Positions 49,770 through 59,931 of a stretch of DNA of 64,000 nt are shown here, one piece after another (within the stretch, counting starts at the first letter, position 1; the number at the start of each line of letters is the position of its first letter). Position numbers and translations under genes: made by a program. Source of the DNA: a virus; IMG/VR virus record IMGVR_UViG_3300037258_001185, positions 20,252 to 84,251 of that record, one strand, 5' to 3'. The notes under the pieces were generated by a model. The model did no database searches. It was not told the DNA's origin and saw nothing but the letters and a program-made list of their open reading frames with translations.

Positions 49770-50954
49770 ATGAGTATTTCCGAAGGCGCGATCTCCGAAC
49801 TTGCAATCTCGGAGTCTTCCTCCTCCGCCCCGCCAGCGGTTGTGGTGCCTTTTGTTCCGCGGCTGGCGATCGCCGTCGCCCTCCAGACGACCGAAGCCGA
49901 CGAGCTGATTGCGCCGCGGCGGCGGGCGCCGCTGCTGGCAGCGGCCCACTACCCGCGACGGCCTCGGGTTTTCAACGAGCCCTTCGACCCTGAGGACGAC
50001 GACGCGATCGTCCGGCTGCTGGCCGCGCGGCATGCTCTTGTTGTCCATAGCGGGCACATGGCGGCGGGACACGCCGCCGCCGCGGTCTACCGCACTGGCC
50101 ACGCTGGCGACGCGCCGCCGATGGCGGCCGGCCACGTCGCTGCCGCGGTCTACCGCACTGGCCACGCTGGCGACGCGCCGCCGATGGCGGCCGGCCACGT
50201 CGCTGCCGCGATTTGGCGCAGCGGCCAGGCGGGACTTCAGGCGGCGATGGCCGCCGGGCAGATCGCCGCCGTCATCTGGCGCAACGCGCCATATCAGACG
50301 GGGCCGGTTGGCGTGCCGCCGCCGCTGTTTCCGCCGCCGCTGCCGCCGCTGCTGTACGCCTGGCCGATCAAAAAGCGGATGCAGTTCCACACGCGCCTAC
50401 AGCGCTCGGTCAACGGTCGCGATTTTCGCCTGCTCGATCAGCCGTTGCCGATCTGGACCTGGACGCTGACCTTCCCGGTGCTGCGCGATCAAAACGACAG
50501 CCGCGCGGCATCGCCCTACTCCTATGCCGAGTTGCGCGACCTGATGGCGGCCTTCCTCGGCGGCTTTGGCCCCTACGGCCTGTACGGTTTTGACGACGTG
50601 ACCGATGACAAGGTCGCCGGGCAATACCTGACGACCGGCGACGGGCTGAACTCGACCTACCAGGCGCAGCGCACGATGGGCTCTGGCGCGGGCAGCTTCA
50701 CCGAGCCGATCACGCTCCTCAACGTCGTGTCGGCGCTCTACTACAACGGGATCGACGCCGGCGCCTTCCGCTACGACGTGTCGACGGGGCTGATTTATGC
50801 GGCGGCAGCGGCGCCGAGCGGCGCCCGCGTCACCGCCGACTTCACTTACTATTTCCGGGTCCGCTTCACCGATGATCTGCAGGATTTCGAGAACCTGATG
50901 CTCGACCTGTGGCAACTGAAGCAGTGCGCCATCCAGTCGGTCATCTACCCTTAA
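49770..50954 (+). CDS. Second DUF2460-like protein with N-terminal 21-aa repeats
   Basis: C-terminal half parallels 44730-45386 (LLDQPLPIW, LRDQND, YYFRVRF). Confidence 0.7.
   Translation: MSISEGAISELAISESSSSAPPAVVVPFVPRLAIAVALQTTEADELIAPRRRAPLLAAAHYPRRPRVFNEPFDPEDDDAIVRLLAARHALVVHSGHMAAGHAAAAVYRTGHAGDAPPMAAGHVAAAVYRTGHAGDAPPMAAGHVAAAIWRSGQAGLQAAMAAGQIAAVIWRNAPYQTGPVGVPPPLFPPPLPPLLYAWPIKKRMQFHTRLQRSVNGRDFRLLDQPLPIWTWTLTFPVLRDQNDSRAASPYSYAELRDLMAAFLGGFGPYGLYGFDDVTDDKVAGQYLTTGDGLNSTYQAQRTMGSGAGSFTEPITLLNVVSALYYNGIDAGAFRYDVSTGLIYAAAAAPSGARVTADFTYYFRVRFTDDLQDFENLMLDLWQLKQCAIQSVIYP
50058..50280 (+). repeat. 63-bp tandem repeat, about 3.5 copies
   Basis: Units start at 50058, 50121, 50184 and 50247 (MAAGHVAAAVYRTGHAGDAPP). 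Confidence 0.9.
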
Positions 50955-50988
50955 CAAGCCTCGTAGCCTTTCAAAGAGGGGTGACCCC

Positions 50989-51924
50989 ATGAGGCCTGCG
51001 CCGTCCGCGCTCGTTGCGTATCTGGCGGACCGTTCGAACAAATCGGCCGCCGTCATCGACCTCTACACCTTCGCTTTGCTCGACGGCTCGACGCTGCGCT
51101 ACGCCGAATGGACGACGGCAATCAGCACCATCGGCGCCAATTTCCCGGCCGGAAGCCTGAACGCTGGCGGCCCCGCCGTCTTTGCGATCGGGCCGCGGTT
51201 TCAGCGCTCGAAGGCGACCTTCAAGACCGGCGTCGACCCCACCGAACTCGACCTGACAATCGGCGTCGGCGTCAACGACCTGATCGGCACGGTGAACTTC
51301 GCCAATGCCTGCCGCCTCGGCATTTTCGACGGCGCCACGGTCGAGCATGACCGCCTATGGGCGACCGACTCCAGCCTCGCAACGATCCTCGGCGCGGTGA
51401 ATTGGTTCACCGGCCGAGTGGCCGAAATCGACTTCGGCCGCTCGCGCGTCGATATGAAGGTGAAGTCGCTCCTCAACCTGCTGTCGATCAACCAGTTTCC
51501 GCGCCGGCTCTACGGGTCGCCCTGCACGCACCTCTACGGCGGCGCGATGTGCGGCTATGACCGGGTCAACGGCAAGAACGCGCTCGGCGTGGCGACGGGT
51601 GTCGGCCAGTTTTCGATCACCGCGCAGACCGGCACGACGCAGGGCACGATCAATACCGGATCGACGCTGGCGAGCTGGGTGTCGCAAGGAACCGTGGTCG
51701 GCCTCACCGGAGCGAACGCCGGGATCACGCGGACGATCGCCAATACCGGCGACGGGACGCAGATCGGGATGTTCGTGCAATACCTCTACCCGGTCACGGT
51801 CGGCGACACCTTCAACGTGTTGCCGGGCTGCGACCATAGCCCCCCGACCTGCGATGGCGTCATGCAGAACCTCGGGCGGTTCGGCGGCTTCCCGCACATC
51901 CCGCCGCCAGAGTCGGCTGTATAG
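50989..51924 (+). CDS. DUF2163/BR0599-like baseplate hub protein
   Basis: CTHLYGGAMC...LPGCDHSPPTC...FGGFPHIP. Confidence 0.85.
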   Translation: MRPAPSALVAYLADRSNKSAAVIDLYTFALLDGSTLRYAEWTTAISTIGANFPAGSLNAGGPAVFAIGPRFQRSKATFKTGVDPTELDLTIGVGVNDLIGTVNFANACRLGIFDGATVEHDRLWATDSSLATILGAVNWFTGRVAEIDFGRSRVDMKVKSLLNLLSINQFPRRLYGSPCTHLYGGAMCGYDRVNGKNALGVATGVGQFSITAQTGTTQGTINTGSTLASWVSQGTVVGLTGANAGITRTIANTGDGTQIGMFVQYLYPVTVGDTFNVLPGCDHSPPTCDGVMQNLGRFGGFPHIPPPESAV

Positions 51925-51940
51925 CGCTCAGGGGGATCAC

Positions 51941-52396
51941 ATGACCGAAGCGGAAATGCGCGCGGCCGTCGTGACCGAGGCCGGAGCGTGGCTGCGCACG
52001 CCGTTTCACCATGAGGGGCGGCTGAAGGGCATCGGCGTCGATTGCCTGATGCTGCTCGCCGAGGTCTATGAACGCGCCGGCATCATTCCCCACCTGGCCG
52101 TGCCGCATTACACGCCCGATTGGTTTCTTCACCGCAACGAGGAACTCTACCTCGGCGGCATGGAAAACCACGCCGCCGAGGTAGCTGGGCCGCCCGACCG
52201 CGCGCCGCAGCCGGGCGACATCATCATCGCGAAGATCGGCCGGTGCTTCAGCCACGCCGGCATCGTCATTCAGTGGCCGCGGCTGGTGCACGCCTATTTC
52301 GCGCAGGGCTGCGTCTGCTGGGGCAACGGAACCCTTGAGCCGTTCGCGCACAAGGAGTTGAGGTTCTTCAACCCGTTCGCCGGCGCGGCCCCATGA
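51941..52396 (+). CDS. NlpC/P60 tail peptidase
   Basis: WLRTPFHH...GVDCLML...HAGI. Confidence 0.88.
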   Translation: MTEAEMRAAVVTEAGAWLRTPFHHEGRLKGIGVDCLMLLAEVYERAGIIPHLAVPHYTPDWFLHRNEELYLGGMENHAAEVAGPPDRAPQPGDIIIAKIGRCFSHAGIVIQWPRLVHAYFAQGCVCWGNGTLEPFAHKELRFFNPFAGAAP

Positions 52397-54576
52397 GCGG
52401 CTCGGCCCCGAAGCCGTTCTCGAACGCCTTTCGCGGCGCGAGCACCAATTCGCTGCGCTACAACACCAGCCAAAAGGGGTCGCCGGTCTACGTCGTTTAT
52501 GGGACCGAGCGCTGCAGCGTCAACATGATCGCCGGCAGCAACTTTCAGCAGCACGGCACCTCGAGCGGCAAGGGCGGCAAGGGCGGCTCGAAATCGTCGA
52601 AAAAGGGCGGCCCGCAATACAGCGTCGACGTTGATTTTGCGCTGTGCGAAGGGCCGGTCAGCTTTACCGGATCGTCGCGAGGCGACGATGCCACCGGCAG
52701 CAATCAGATTTGGTCGGATGGCGGCGTCGCCAACGTCTTGAGCGCTGGGCTGAACCTCTATACCGGCGAGGACGGCCAAGACCCCGATCCGGTGTTTGCC
52801 ACCCTCGGCGACTTGCCGATCCTCGGGTATTCCGGAACAGCGCACGTCACGGCGACGCCGATGAATCTCGGCTCGACGCCGATGGTGCCCAACATCCAGA
52901 TCGAGATCCGCGGCTTTGGCGCCGGCACGGCTGGCACGAGCTTCCCCGATGACGCGCGGCCCGACTACATCGTCGTCGACATGCTGACCGACAGCCGGCA
53001 CGGTGCCGGCTTCCCGCTGGCGAACCTCGACACCGGCGGCAGCTTCGGCGGCGGCGGCTCGGTCGCCGATTGGGGCAATTATTGCCAGGGCGCGCAATTC
53101 GCCATGTCGATCGTCATCGATCGGCAGCAGCCGGCGGCGCGCTGGCTCGACGAGATCGCCAACCTCACGGTATCCGCCGTCGTCTGGTCGCCGCCGCTGC
53201 TGAAAATCATCCCCTACGCCGACGGCGGCGTCAGCGCCAACGGCTCGACCTGGAACCCCGATCTGACTTGGCGCTATTCGCTCGGCGACGACGACTTCCT
53301 GCCCTGGCAGACCTCGCAAGGCAACGGCAGCCAGAACGAACAAGACCCGGTCATCATCACCAGATCCGACCCGACCGGCACGACCAACTGGATGACCGTC
53401 GAGTATGACGACCCAATCTACAACTACGACACCGAGTCGGTGCCGGTGTGGGACCAGGGCTCGATCGATCTTTACGGCCTGCATTCCGAGCCGGCCGTGC
53501 TCGGCGATTTCTTCGCCAACACAACGAGCGCGTCGCTTTCGGCGCAAACCCAGATCCAGCGCAAGCAATACATTCGCAACACCTACAAGTTCAAGTTGTC
53601 GCAGCGGTATTGCCTGCTGGAGCCGATGGATATCGTGCTCCTGACGGACACGAACACCGGCCTCGAAGGCGCTGCGGCGCGCATTCTTCAGATCGACGAG
53701 GACGACAACGGCGAGCTCACCATCAGCGCCGAGGAAATCCCCGGGATAGGCGGGCCGCCGTCGGGATCTACGATCAACCCCATCGGCGCCGGCGTGGCCA
53801 CCTTCATCTCGACCGGCGTTACTGCGGCGCCGCCGGTATACGATCCGGGGATCAGCCCGGGCTTCACCAATCCGCCGATCATCTTCGACCCACCTGCGGC
53901 ACTGACCGCCGGCACGAGCGAATTGTGGATTGTCGCGACGGGAGGGCCGGAGTGGGGCGGCTGCGCCATTTACGTGTCGACCGACAATGAAACGTACGCG
54001 CCCGCCGGGCAAATCTATCAGGGCGGTCGCCAGGGCGTGCTGATGGCGGCGCTGCCGACCGGCAGCGACCCCGATACCGTCAACACGCTCTCGGTCAACC
54101 TGGCGGAAAGCGACGGCACGATGACCTCCGGCTCGCAGAGCGACGCCGACAACCTCGTGACGCTTTGCTACTGCGACGGTGAGTTGATCTCCTACGAGAC
54201 GGCCGCGCTCGTCGGCGCCAACGAATACAACCTGACCTATCTGCGCCGCGGTGCCTACGGCACAACGATCGGATCTCACAATATCGGCACGCAGTTCGCC
54301 CCGCTCGGCCATGTCAATCCGGCGCTGTTCCAGTGGCAATACCCGTCCAGCTTTGCCGGCCAGACGATCTATTTCAAGTTTCCGGCGTTCAACCTGTTCT
54401 TCGGGAACCTGCAGGATCTCGCAGACGTGCCGTATTACACCTATTCACTTGGATCGAACGGTGGGGTTGGCATTGAAGGCCTGCCGCTACGGCCTGCCAT
54501 CACCCGGGCGCCGCTCAGGCTCGTCACAATCGAAACTGCCGCCGAAGAGCGGTTCCGGATCAGGGGGATGCGATGA
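52393..54576 (+). CDS. Tail tip / host-specificity protein (phage-tail_3-like)
   Basis: PVYVVYGT, LCEGP, LLEPMD, LRRGAYGT. Confidence 0.8.
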   Translation: MSGSAPKPFSNAFRGASTNSLRYNTSQKGSPVYVVYGTERCSVNMIAGSNFQQHGTSSGKGGKGGSKSSKKGGPQYSVDVDFALCEGPVSFTGSSRGDDATGSNQIWSDGGVANVLSAGLNLYTGEDGQDPDPVFATLGDLPILGYSGTAHVTATPMNLGSTPMVPNIQIEIRGFGAGTAGTSFPDDARPDYIVVDMLTDSRHGAGFPLANLDTGGSFGGGGSVADWGNYCQGAQFAMSIVIDRQQPAARWLDEIANLTVSAVVWSPPLLKIIPYADGGVSANGSTWNPDLTWRYSLGDDDFLPWQTSQGNGSQNEQDPVIITRSDPTGTTNWMTVEYDDPIYNYDTESVPVWDQGSIDLYGLHSEPAVLGDFFANTTSASLSAQTQIQRKQYIRNTYKFKLSQRYCLLEPMDIVLLTDTNTGLEGAAARILQIDEDDNGELTISAEEIPGIGGPPSGSTINPIGAGVATFISTGVTAAPPVYDPGISPGFTNPPIIFDPPAALTAGTSELWIVATGGPEWGGCAIYVSTDNETYAPAGQIYQGGRQGVLMAALPTGSDPDTVNTLSVNLAESDGTMTSGSQSDADNLVTLCYCDGELISYETAALVGANEYNLTYLRRGAYGTTIGSHNIGTQFAPLGHVNPALFQWQYPSSFAGQTIYFKFPAFNLFFGNLQDLADVPYYTYSLGSNGGVGIEGLPLRPAITRAPLRLVTIETAAEERFRIRGMR

Positions 54577-54815
54577 AAGAGAAGCCGGAGACTGATCGCG
54601 GCGTTGGATGGACGGACGACCGGAAGATCGAGTGGGACACGATCGATCCCGCCGAGCGGGCCTTTCTGGTCGCTTTCGCTCGGGATTACCTCGCCGGCCG
54701 CCGAATGCTGTGTCACCTCGCGCACATGATCGTCGGGCTCGGCATGTTGGCGGCGGCGCTCGCGGCGATCATCGCCCTCAGCGGCCAGTTCATCGGACTG
54801 CGGCCGCACCCGTAA
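54573..54815 (+). CDS. Putative holin
   Basis: Small TM protein before the endolysin. Confidence 0.45.
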   Translation: MKEKPETDRGVGWTDDRKIEWDTIDPAERAFLVAFARDYLAGRRMLCHLAHMIVGLGMLAAALAAIIALSGQFIGLRPHP

Positions 54816-54853
54816 AAATCGCCGGCCCGCGCCGGCACCACCAGAGGAAGACC

Positions 54854-55702
54854 ATGACCGTTTTGTGGAGCTTGCCCAGCAAGCCTCAGTGCATCGACCT
54901 GTTCCATGGCAGCAACAACGCGGACCGTGACGGCCCGATCGACTTCGCGGCGCTGCGCGCCGACGGCATCGATTTGGTCATCCACAAGGCCTCGCAGGGC
55001 GTCGACATGGTTGACCCGCTCTACGCCAGCCGCCGACAGGCGGCACTCGCGGCCGGCTTGAGGTGGGAAGCCTATCATTTCTGCACCAGCGATCCGGTCA
55101 ACGCGCAACTCGCGCACTTCCTCGCCGCCGCCACGCCGGACGCCACGATGCGGCTCGGGATCGATATCGAGCCGAACCGCGGCGCGACGATCTCGCCGGC
55201 GCAGGCGGACGCCTTTGCCGCGGCGCTCGACAGCAAGCGCGGCCTCCAGACCTGGCGCTACAGCGGCATGGGATTCATGACGCCGGGCCTGATCGCGGTG
55301 ACCACGAACCTGCGCAACGGGCCGTGGTGGTGGGCGAAATACGGCCCCGCACCGACGCCGGCCCAGCTCGCCTCGGTCGGCATCGATTTCGCCATGCTGC
55401 TGATGTGGCAGGAGACGGCAACCGGCGCACGCCCCGGCGTCACCGGCCAGATCGACGAGAGCTATTGGGTCGCAGGCGACCTCGCCAACTATCCGGCGCT
55501 GCCCGGCGCCACGGCTCCGATTGCGCCCGCCGCTCCCACCACCGTAGCGGCACCGACCGCCGCACCCGCCGACCCGGTCGAGTTGCAACGGCAGGTGCAG
55601 CGCCTGCTCGCGGCCGCCGGCAACTACAGAGGGCCAATCGACGGCGATCCCGGGCCGCAAACCGAGGCGGCAATGTCCGCCTACCGGCGCTCCCATGCCT
55701 GA
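54854..55702 (+). CDS. Endolysin: GH25 muramidase plus peptidoglycan-binding domain
   Basis: IDL..KASQG..YHF..DIE; YRGPIDGDPGPQTEAA. Confidence 0.88.
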   Translation: MTVLWSLPSKPQCIDLFHGSNNADRDGPIDFAALRADGIDLVIHKASQGVDMVDPLYASRRQAALAAGLRWEAYHFCTSDPVNAQLAHFLAAATPDATMRLGIDIEPNRGATISPAQADAFAAALDSKRGLQTWRYSGMGFMTPGLIAVTTNLRNGPWWWAKYGPAPTPAQLASVGIDFAMLLMWQETATGARPGVTGQIDESYWVAGDLANYPALPGATAPIAPAAPTTVAAPTAAPADPVELQRQVQRLLAAAGNYRGPIDGDPGPQTEAAMSAYRRSHA

Positions 55703-56297
55703 GATCAGGCTGCAATTCGTCGCCGCGCGCGACATCGGCTCGTCGCTGATCCGCTGGTTCTCGGCCGGTCCATTCTCCCACGTCGACGCGATCGTCGACG
55801 AGGCGGCGCTGCGCCTTTTGGAACCCGGAACCGGCGGCGCCATGCCGGCAGGCGCGGTATGCCTTGTGCGGCCCGGCTGGCTGTTTGGCTCCCGCTCTGA
55901 TCGCGTCGGCGGCCAGCCGCCTGGCGTGCAGATCAGGCCGCCCGGCTACGCCACATTCTCGCGGCGCGTCGTCGCGACGATCCCGGCCACCGAGGCGCAA
56001 CTCGCCGGCTTCTGGCGCTTCCAGCGGGCGCAGCTTGGCAAACCTTACGACAGCACCGCGATTTGGGGGTTCGCCGCCGGCCGGGATTGGCGCGAAACCG
56101 ATAGCTGGTACTGCTCAGAGGACCAGGCGCGCGCGCTCGAACCGCCCGAAACCGGCAGTTGGCTCGACCCGAACAAGGACGGCGCGGGCATCTTCCCGGA
56201 ACCGCTCTACCTCGCCGCCAACAAGGTGACGCCGGTCGCGCTCGCGCTGGCGATCAGCGCGACTCCCGCCGCGAGCTTCACCGAATTGGCCACCTGA
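55695..56297 (+). CDS. Permuted papain-like (YiiX/C92) peptidase
   Basis: FSHVD...QLGKPYD...WYCSE. Confidence 0.7.
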   Translation: MPEIRLQFVAARDIGSSLIRWFSAGPFSHVDAIVDEAALRLLEPGTGGAMPAGAVCLVRPGWLFGSRSDRVGGQPPGVQIRPPGYATFSRRVVATIPATEAQLAGFWRFQRAQLGKPYDSTAIWGFAAGRDWRETDSWYCSEDQARALEPPETGSWLDPNKDGAGIFPEPLYLAANKVTPVALALAISATPAASFTELAT

Positions 56298-56323
56298 CAC
56301 CTTTGTGACTGAGGAGGAACACC

Positions 56324-56575
56324 ATGGACCCGACCAACACGGTGGCGCTCGTATGCGCCCACCAAGACACCATCGTTAACGCCCTCGCCTGGATGGGCGG
56401 CGTCATGCCGGTTGCCTCGGCACTCGCCTGGGCAACGGCGCGGTGGAACAAGATGCCTGCCGGCTTGCAGACGATGCTTCAGGTCGCCGCCGGCAACCTG
56501 CTGCATGCCGCACTCGGCGAGCCGCAGGCGGCCCCGCACCTGGCGGAGCGTCACACGACCCCAGCCGCCAGTTAA
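56324..56575 (+). CDS. Small membrane protein (holin-like)
   Basis: GAGGAGG RBS; hydrophobic. Confidence 0.5.
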   Translation: MDPTNTVALVCAHQDTIVNALAWMGGVMPVASALAWATARWNKMPAGLQTMLQVAAGNLLHAALGEPQAAPHLAERHTTPAAS

Positions 56576-56595
56576 GGCGGTCCCCGACCACAACC

Positions 56596-56625
56596 GAAAG
56601 CCGCCATGTTGGCGGCTTTTTCTTT
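56596..56625 (+). terminator. Intrinsic terminator
   Basis: aaagccgcca-tgt-tggcggcttt plus T run. Confidence 0.7.
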
Positions 56626-56639
56626 GGGAGAAACCACCC

Positions 56640-57059
56640 ATGAAGATCCGCGCATTCATCACCGCAACGGCGCTCGTGGTGAGCCTTGCCGCCTGCGGGA
56701 GCGCACCGTCCGGCCTTGCGACGTCGCCGGTCGTCGATTCCGTCGGCGCCTCGCTGATCAACGCGCTGACGGACACCCTGGCGCCTGGCCTCAACGCCGC
56801 GATCGCCGAGGGCGCCCAGGCCAGTCAGGCCGACCTGAACACGATCGCCTATTGGCTCCCGTGGGCCCAGAAGGCGGTCGACTATTTCGGCCCGACGCTG
56901 AAGATGCCGGCGGCCGACATCGCCGCGATCGACGCTGGGGTCGCCCAGGTCACCGCCGACCTTGCCAACCCGCCATCGAACGTCGGCAGCGTCGTCGCCG
57001 AAGCGGCTGCGCTGGCGACCAAGGTCACGGCGGCCCTGCAGCCCGTGACGTCGCCGTGA
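56640..57059 (+). CDS. Lipoprotein
   Basis: LAAC lipobox. Confidence 0.7.
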   Translation: MKIRAFITATALVVSLAACGSAPSGLATSPVVDSVGASLINALTDTLAPGLNAAIAEGAQASQADLNTIAYWLPWAQKAVDYFGPTLKMPAADIAAIDAGVAQVTADLANPPSNVGSVVAEAAALATKVTAALQPVTSP

Positions 57060-57400
57060 AGCGGCTCGCTGGGGCGGCGGCAGCAATAGCGCTGTCGCTC
57101 GCCCTCGGCGGCTGCGCCGCGCCGGCCCTTCTCGCAGGGGTCAGCGCGGCCGCCTCCATAGCCTCGGCGGCGCACCAGTTTGCGCTGGTCGGCGGCGACA
57201 TCGTAGCCGCGACGGCGCTCGCCTGCCAGGAACTGCCGGCCGCCACGGCGGCCGAGCAGCAGCGAGCCGCCGCGCCCGGCACCGCCGCAGCGCCATGGTA
57301 CGCGGCGCTGTGCGGCAATCTGCGCCCCGACAACCCCAACCTCAACACCGGCAGTCCCGCATGGGTCGCGGCCGGCCTTGCCCGCATGGAGAAGCCGTGA
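57056..57400 (+). CDS. Lipoprotein
   Basis: LGGC lipobox; GTGA overlap. Confidence 0.6.
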   Translation: MKRLAGAAAAIALSLALGGCAAPALLAGVSAAASIASAAHQFALVGGDIVAATALACQELPAATAAEQQRAAAPGTAAAPWYAALCGNLRPDNPNLNTGSPAWVAAGLARMEKP

Positions 57401-57443
57401 CGGGTGGTTCGGACCCACTTCAGCGCAAAAATCGGAGAAGCGA

Positions 57444-58649
57444 ATGACCAGCACTCTCACGATCGCCGCCGGCCAGATCTTTGACCTGACGACGCTGACG
57501 GTCGACCCGACGGGCACCGTGAACAGCGACGGCTCGATCTCGTATGACGTGCTCAACAACAGCGGCACGCTGATGATCCTGGCGGGCGACGCCGACCGCT
57601 TCGGGACCATCGTCGGCAACGGGGTCATCAGCATGCACCCCGGTGGCCTTCTGGAGGCGAAAGGGCCCGTCGACACGCGGCACGCCCTCAACTTCGTCGT
57701 GGCCGGCGCGGAGCTCCTCGTCGACCGCCCGGACCTCAACCCGTACATCGTCGAGCAGATCGCGGGCTACAGGATGGGATCGACGGTCCTGCTGGGCTCC
57801 CCAGGCACGCCGACCGGCCACGCCCTCGCGATCAGCGGCGTGCTGCCGTCCGGCAGTTGGATGACAAGCCCCACCGGGACCTACGTCCTGTGGATGCACC
57901 CGAACGGCAACCTCGTCGCCTACCGCAACCCGGTGTTCGGCGGGTCCTTCGCCACAGCGGCCTGGTCGACAGGCACGAGCGGGCACGCGGGCGCCTACGC
58001 CAAGCTCGCGTCCAATGGCGCGCTCTGCGTCTACGACGCGTCCAACAACCTGCTGTGGGCCGCTGGCGCAGGCCTCGGCGGCACGACGGCCGGGATCGAG
58101 GATACGGGCAACGTCGTCCTCTACGACTCGACCGGGCTGCCCGTGTGGTGTGCCAGCGACGCCAAGTTCACCTGGAGCTACGCCGGCCAGACCGGCGACG
58201 CGACCGGCGTCATCCTCGGCCAGGCGTACGTCACTGACCCGGTGACAGTGCCGGCGGGGGCCTGCGTCGTGCGCAACGGCGGGACCAACATGCAGGGAAC
58301 GCTGCTGGCGGCGTCGATGGGCTACGCCCTCGTGATGGCCACGGGGGGCGCCGCGCAGCTCTACTACACCGGCTCGGCCTCCCTGCTCCCGGAGGTCGGC
58401 CAGGCAACGCCGCCCACCTGGAACCTGCTCTGGTCGACGGGGTCGGTCTGCACCCACGGCAAGCCCCACATGGACATGTGCGCCAACGGCACCCTGACCG
58501 TCTACGACGGGGATGGCTCCGTGAAGTGGTCGGTCGGCTCCGGCCTTGGCGCCACCAAGTTCGTCCTGACCGACAGCGGCGCCATGCAGTTGCAAAAGGC
58601 GGACGAAACGGTCGTCTGGGATAGCGGCACCGCCGGCCGCACGAGCTGA
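57444..58649 (+). CDS. Tandem bulb-type (B-/MMBL) lectin domain protein
   Basis: Six degenerate QxDGNLVxY...W units (NGNLVAY, NGALCVY, TGNVVLY, GGAAQLY, NGTLTVY, SGAMQLQ). Confidence 0.75.
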   Translation: MTSTLTIAAGQIFDLTTLTVDPTGTVNSDGSISYDVLNNSGTLMILAGDADRFGTIVGNGVISMHPGGLLEAKGPVDTRHALNFVVAGAELLVDRPDLNPYIVEQIAGYRMGSTVLLGSPGTPTGHALAISGVLPSGSWMTSPTGTYVLWMHPNGNLVAYRNPVFGGSFATAAWSTGTSGHAGAYAKLASNGALCVYDASNNLLWAAGAGLGGTTAGIEDTGNVVLYDSTGLPVWCASDAKFTWSYAGQTGDATGVILGQAYVTDPVTVPAGACVVRNGGTNMQGTLLAASMGYALVMATGGAAQLYYTGSASLLPEVGQATPPTWNLLWSTGSVCTHGKPHMDMCANGTLTVYDGDGSVKWSVGSGLGATKFVLTDSGAMQLQKADETVVWDSGTAGRTS

Positions 58650-58707
58650 TCCCACCATATCGCCCCGCTTCCCCGATCCGATCACCCTCACCTGAAGGAG
58701 CTTCGAC

Positions 58708-58914
58708 ATGAACTACATCATCCAGATCAACGCCGAGGCCGCGACGCTCGTGGCCCAGGCCGACGCCACCGCGACCGCCGTGAGCCTGATGGTCGACAGC
58801 AACCAGCAGGCGCATTGGGCGCCGTACAACACCTCCGGGATGTCGGCGCTCGCAACCAGCGACCATAGCTTCGGGCAACTCCTGGTCTGGGCGCTCAACA
58901 ACAAGTGGTCGTAG
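58708..58914 (+). CDS. Hypothetical protein
   Basis: AAGGAG RBS. Confidence 0.55.
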   Translation: MNYIIQINAEAATLVAQADATATAVSLMVDSNQQAHWAPYNTSGMSALATSDHSFGQLLVWALNNKWS

Positions 58915-58963
58915 GCGGCGTCACCGTCGCGCGGCTCGCGTCACACAAAAACAGGAGAAGCCC

Positions 58964-59635
58964 ATGACAGACATATCGATCGTCAACCGTTCGACTGTCG
59001 TGACGGACGCCGGTATTGCGACGCTGCTGCCGGCGCTACAGACCCAGATCAGCCGTGATTTCGCGCCGTTCTGGGGGACCGGCACCACCCTTCATTTCGT
59101 CGGAAGCGGCCAGCCTGACCCGGGGCATTGGCGATGCCTCGTGCTGGATCACAGCGACCAAGCCGGCGACCTCGGGTATCACATCGACAACAACGGCGTT
59201 CCCGAGGCTCGGATCTTCGCCGCCGAAGACATGAAAGACGGCAGCCTGCTCAGCGTCACGGTCAGCCACGAGCTGCTCGAGATGCTCGCGGACCCGACGG
59301 CCAATCGCGTCTTCCAGATCGGCACCACGACCTATATCGTCGAGGTCGCCGATCCGGTGGAGGCCGATGATGACGGCTACGACATCGACGGCGTGCGCGT
59401 GTCGAATTTCGCGACGCCGCGATATTTCGGGATGACGAACCCGGGCAATGACCCGCGGTTCGATTTCCGCTGGCTGCTGACGGCCGGCATCCCGACGCTG
59501 CGACCGGGCGGCTACGTCATGTTCGATTCCGGCGGCGTGTGGCACAGCACGATGGCGCGGCACGCCGACGGGTCGCTCGGCTGTCGCGCCTTGCGGTCGG
59601 GGCGCTCACACTATCGAGCGTCGCTGCCGCACTAA
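58964..59635 (+). CDS. Putative zinc-metallohydrolase-like protein
   Basis: LGYH...SHELLEMLADP...EVADPVE. Confidence 0.6.
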   Translation: MTDISIVNRSTVVTDAGIATLLPALQTQISRDFAPFWGTGTTLHFVGSGQPDPGHWRCLVLDHSDQAGDLGYHIDNNGVPEARIFAAEDMKDGSLLSVTVSHELLEMLADPTANRVFQIGTTTYIVEVADPVEADDDGYDIDGVRVSNFATPRYFGMTNPGNDPRFDFRWLLTAGIPTLRPGGYVMFDSGGVWHSTMARHADGSLGCRALRSGRSHYRASLPH

Positions 59636-59657
59636 CCGATCAATCCCCCAAGCGAAC

Positions 59658-59688
59658 CGCCCGGCCCTCCGGGGTCGGGCGTTTTTTT
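59658..59688 (+). terminator. Intrinsic terminator insulating the tRNA unit
   Basis: cgcccggccc-tccg-gggtcgggcg plus T7. Confidence 0.85.
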
Positions 59689-59769
59689 GATACCTGGGGC
59701 ATCACAGCGGAATACAAGTTGGGGTGATTTCGTTTGTGAAACTGCGCCGAATATGCCAGAAGTTCACCG

Positions 59770-59931
59770 ATGTTCACGAAAGACCCCATAGCCCGCATCG
59801 CCCCGCGGGCGGTCGCGACACAGACGCCCGCCAGCCCCGAACACGGGCGGCAAGGCGGCTCATATCGCGCGACCTTTTGGAATTCGTGCGATCCGCGCCA
59901 GCGGGCCGAGGACGGGGGAACGGTGATCTGA
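59770..59931 (+). CDS. Putative 53-aa leader peptide of the tRNA array
   Basis: MFTKDPIARIAPRAVATQTPASPEHGRQGGSYRATFWNSCDPRQRAEDGGTVI*; stop 26 nt before a terminator; no SD seen. Confidence 0.55.
   Translation: MFTKDPIARIAPRAVATQTPASPEHGRQGGSYRATFWNSCDPRQRAEDGGTVI

Noticed and set aside
44730-54576. Gene transfer agent cluster
   Set aside because: GTA-like baseplate genes are present, but with a 1037-aa tape measure, replication genes and accessory cargo typical of a true phage
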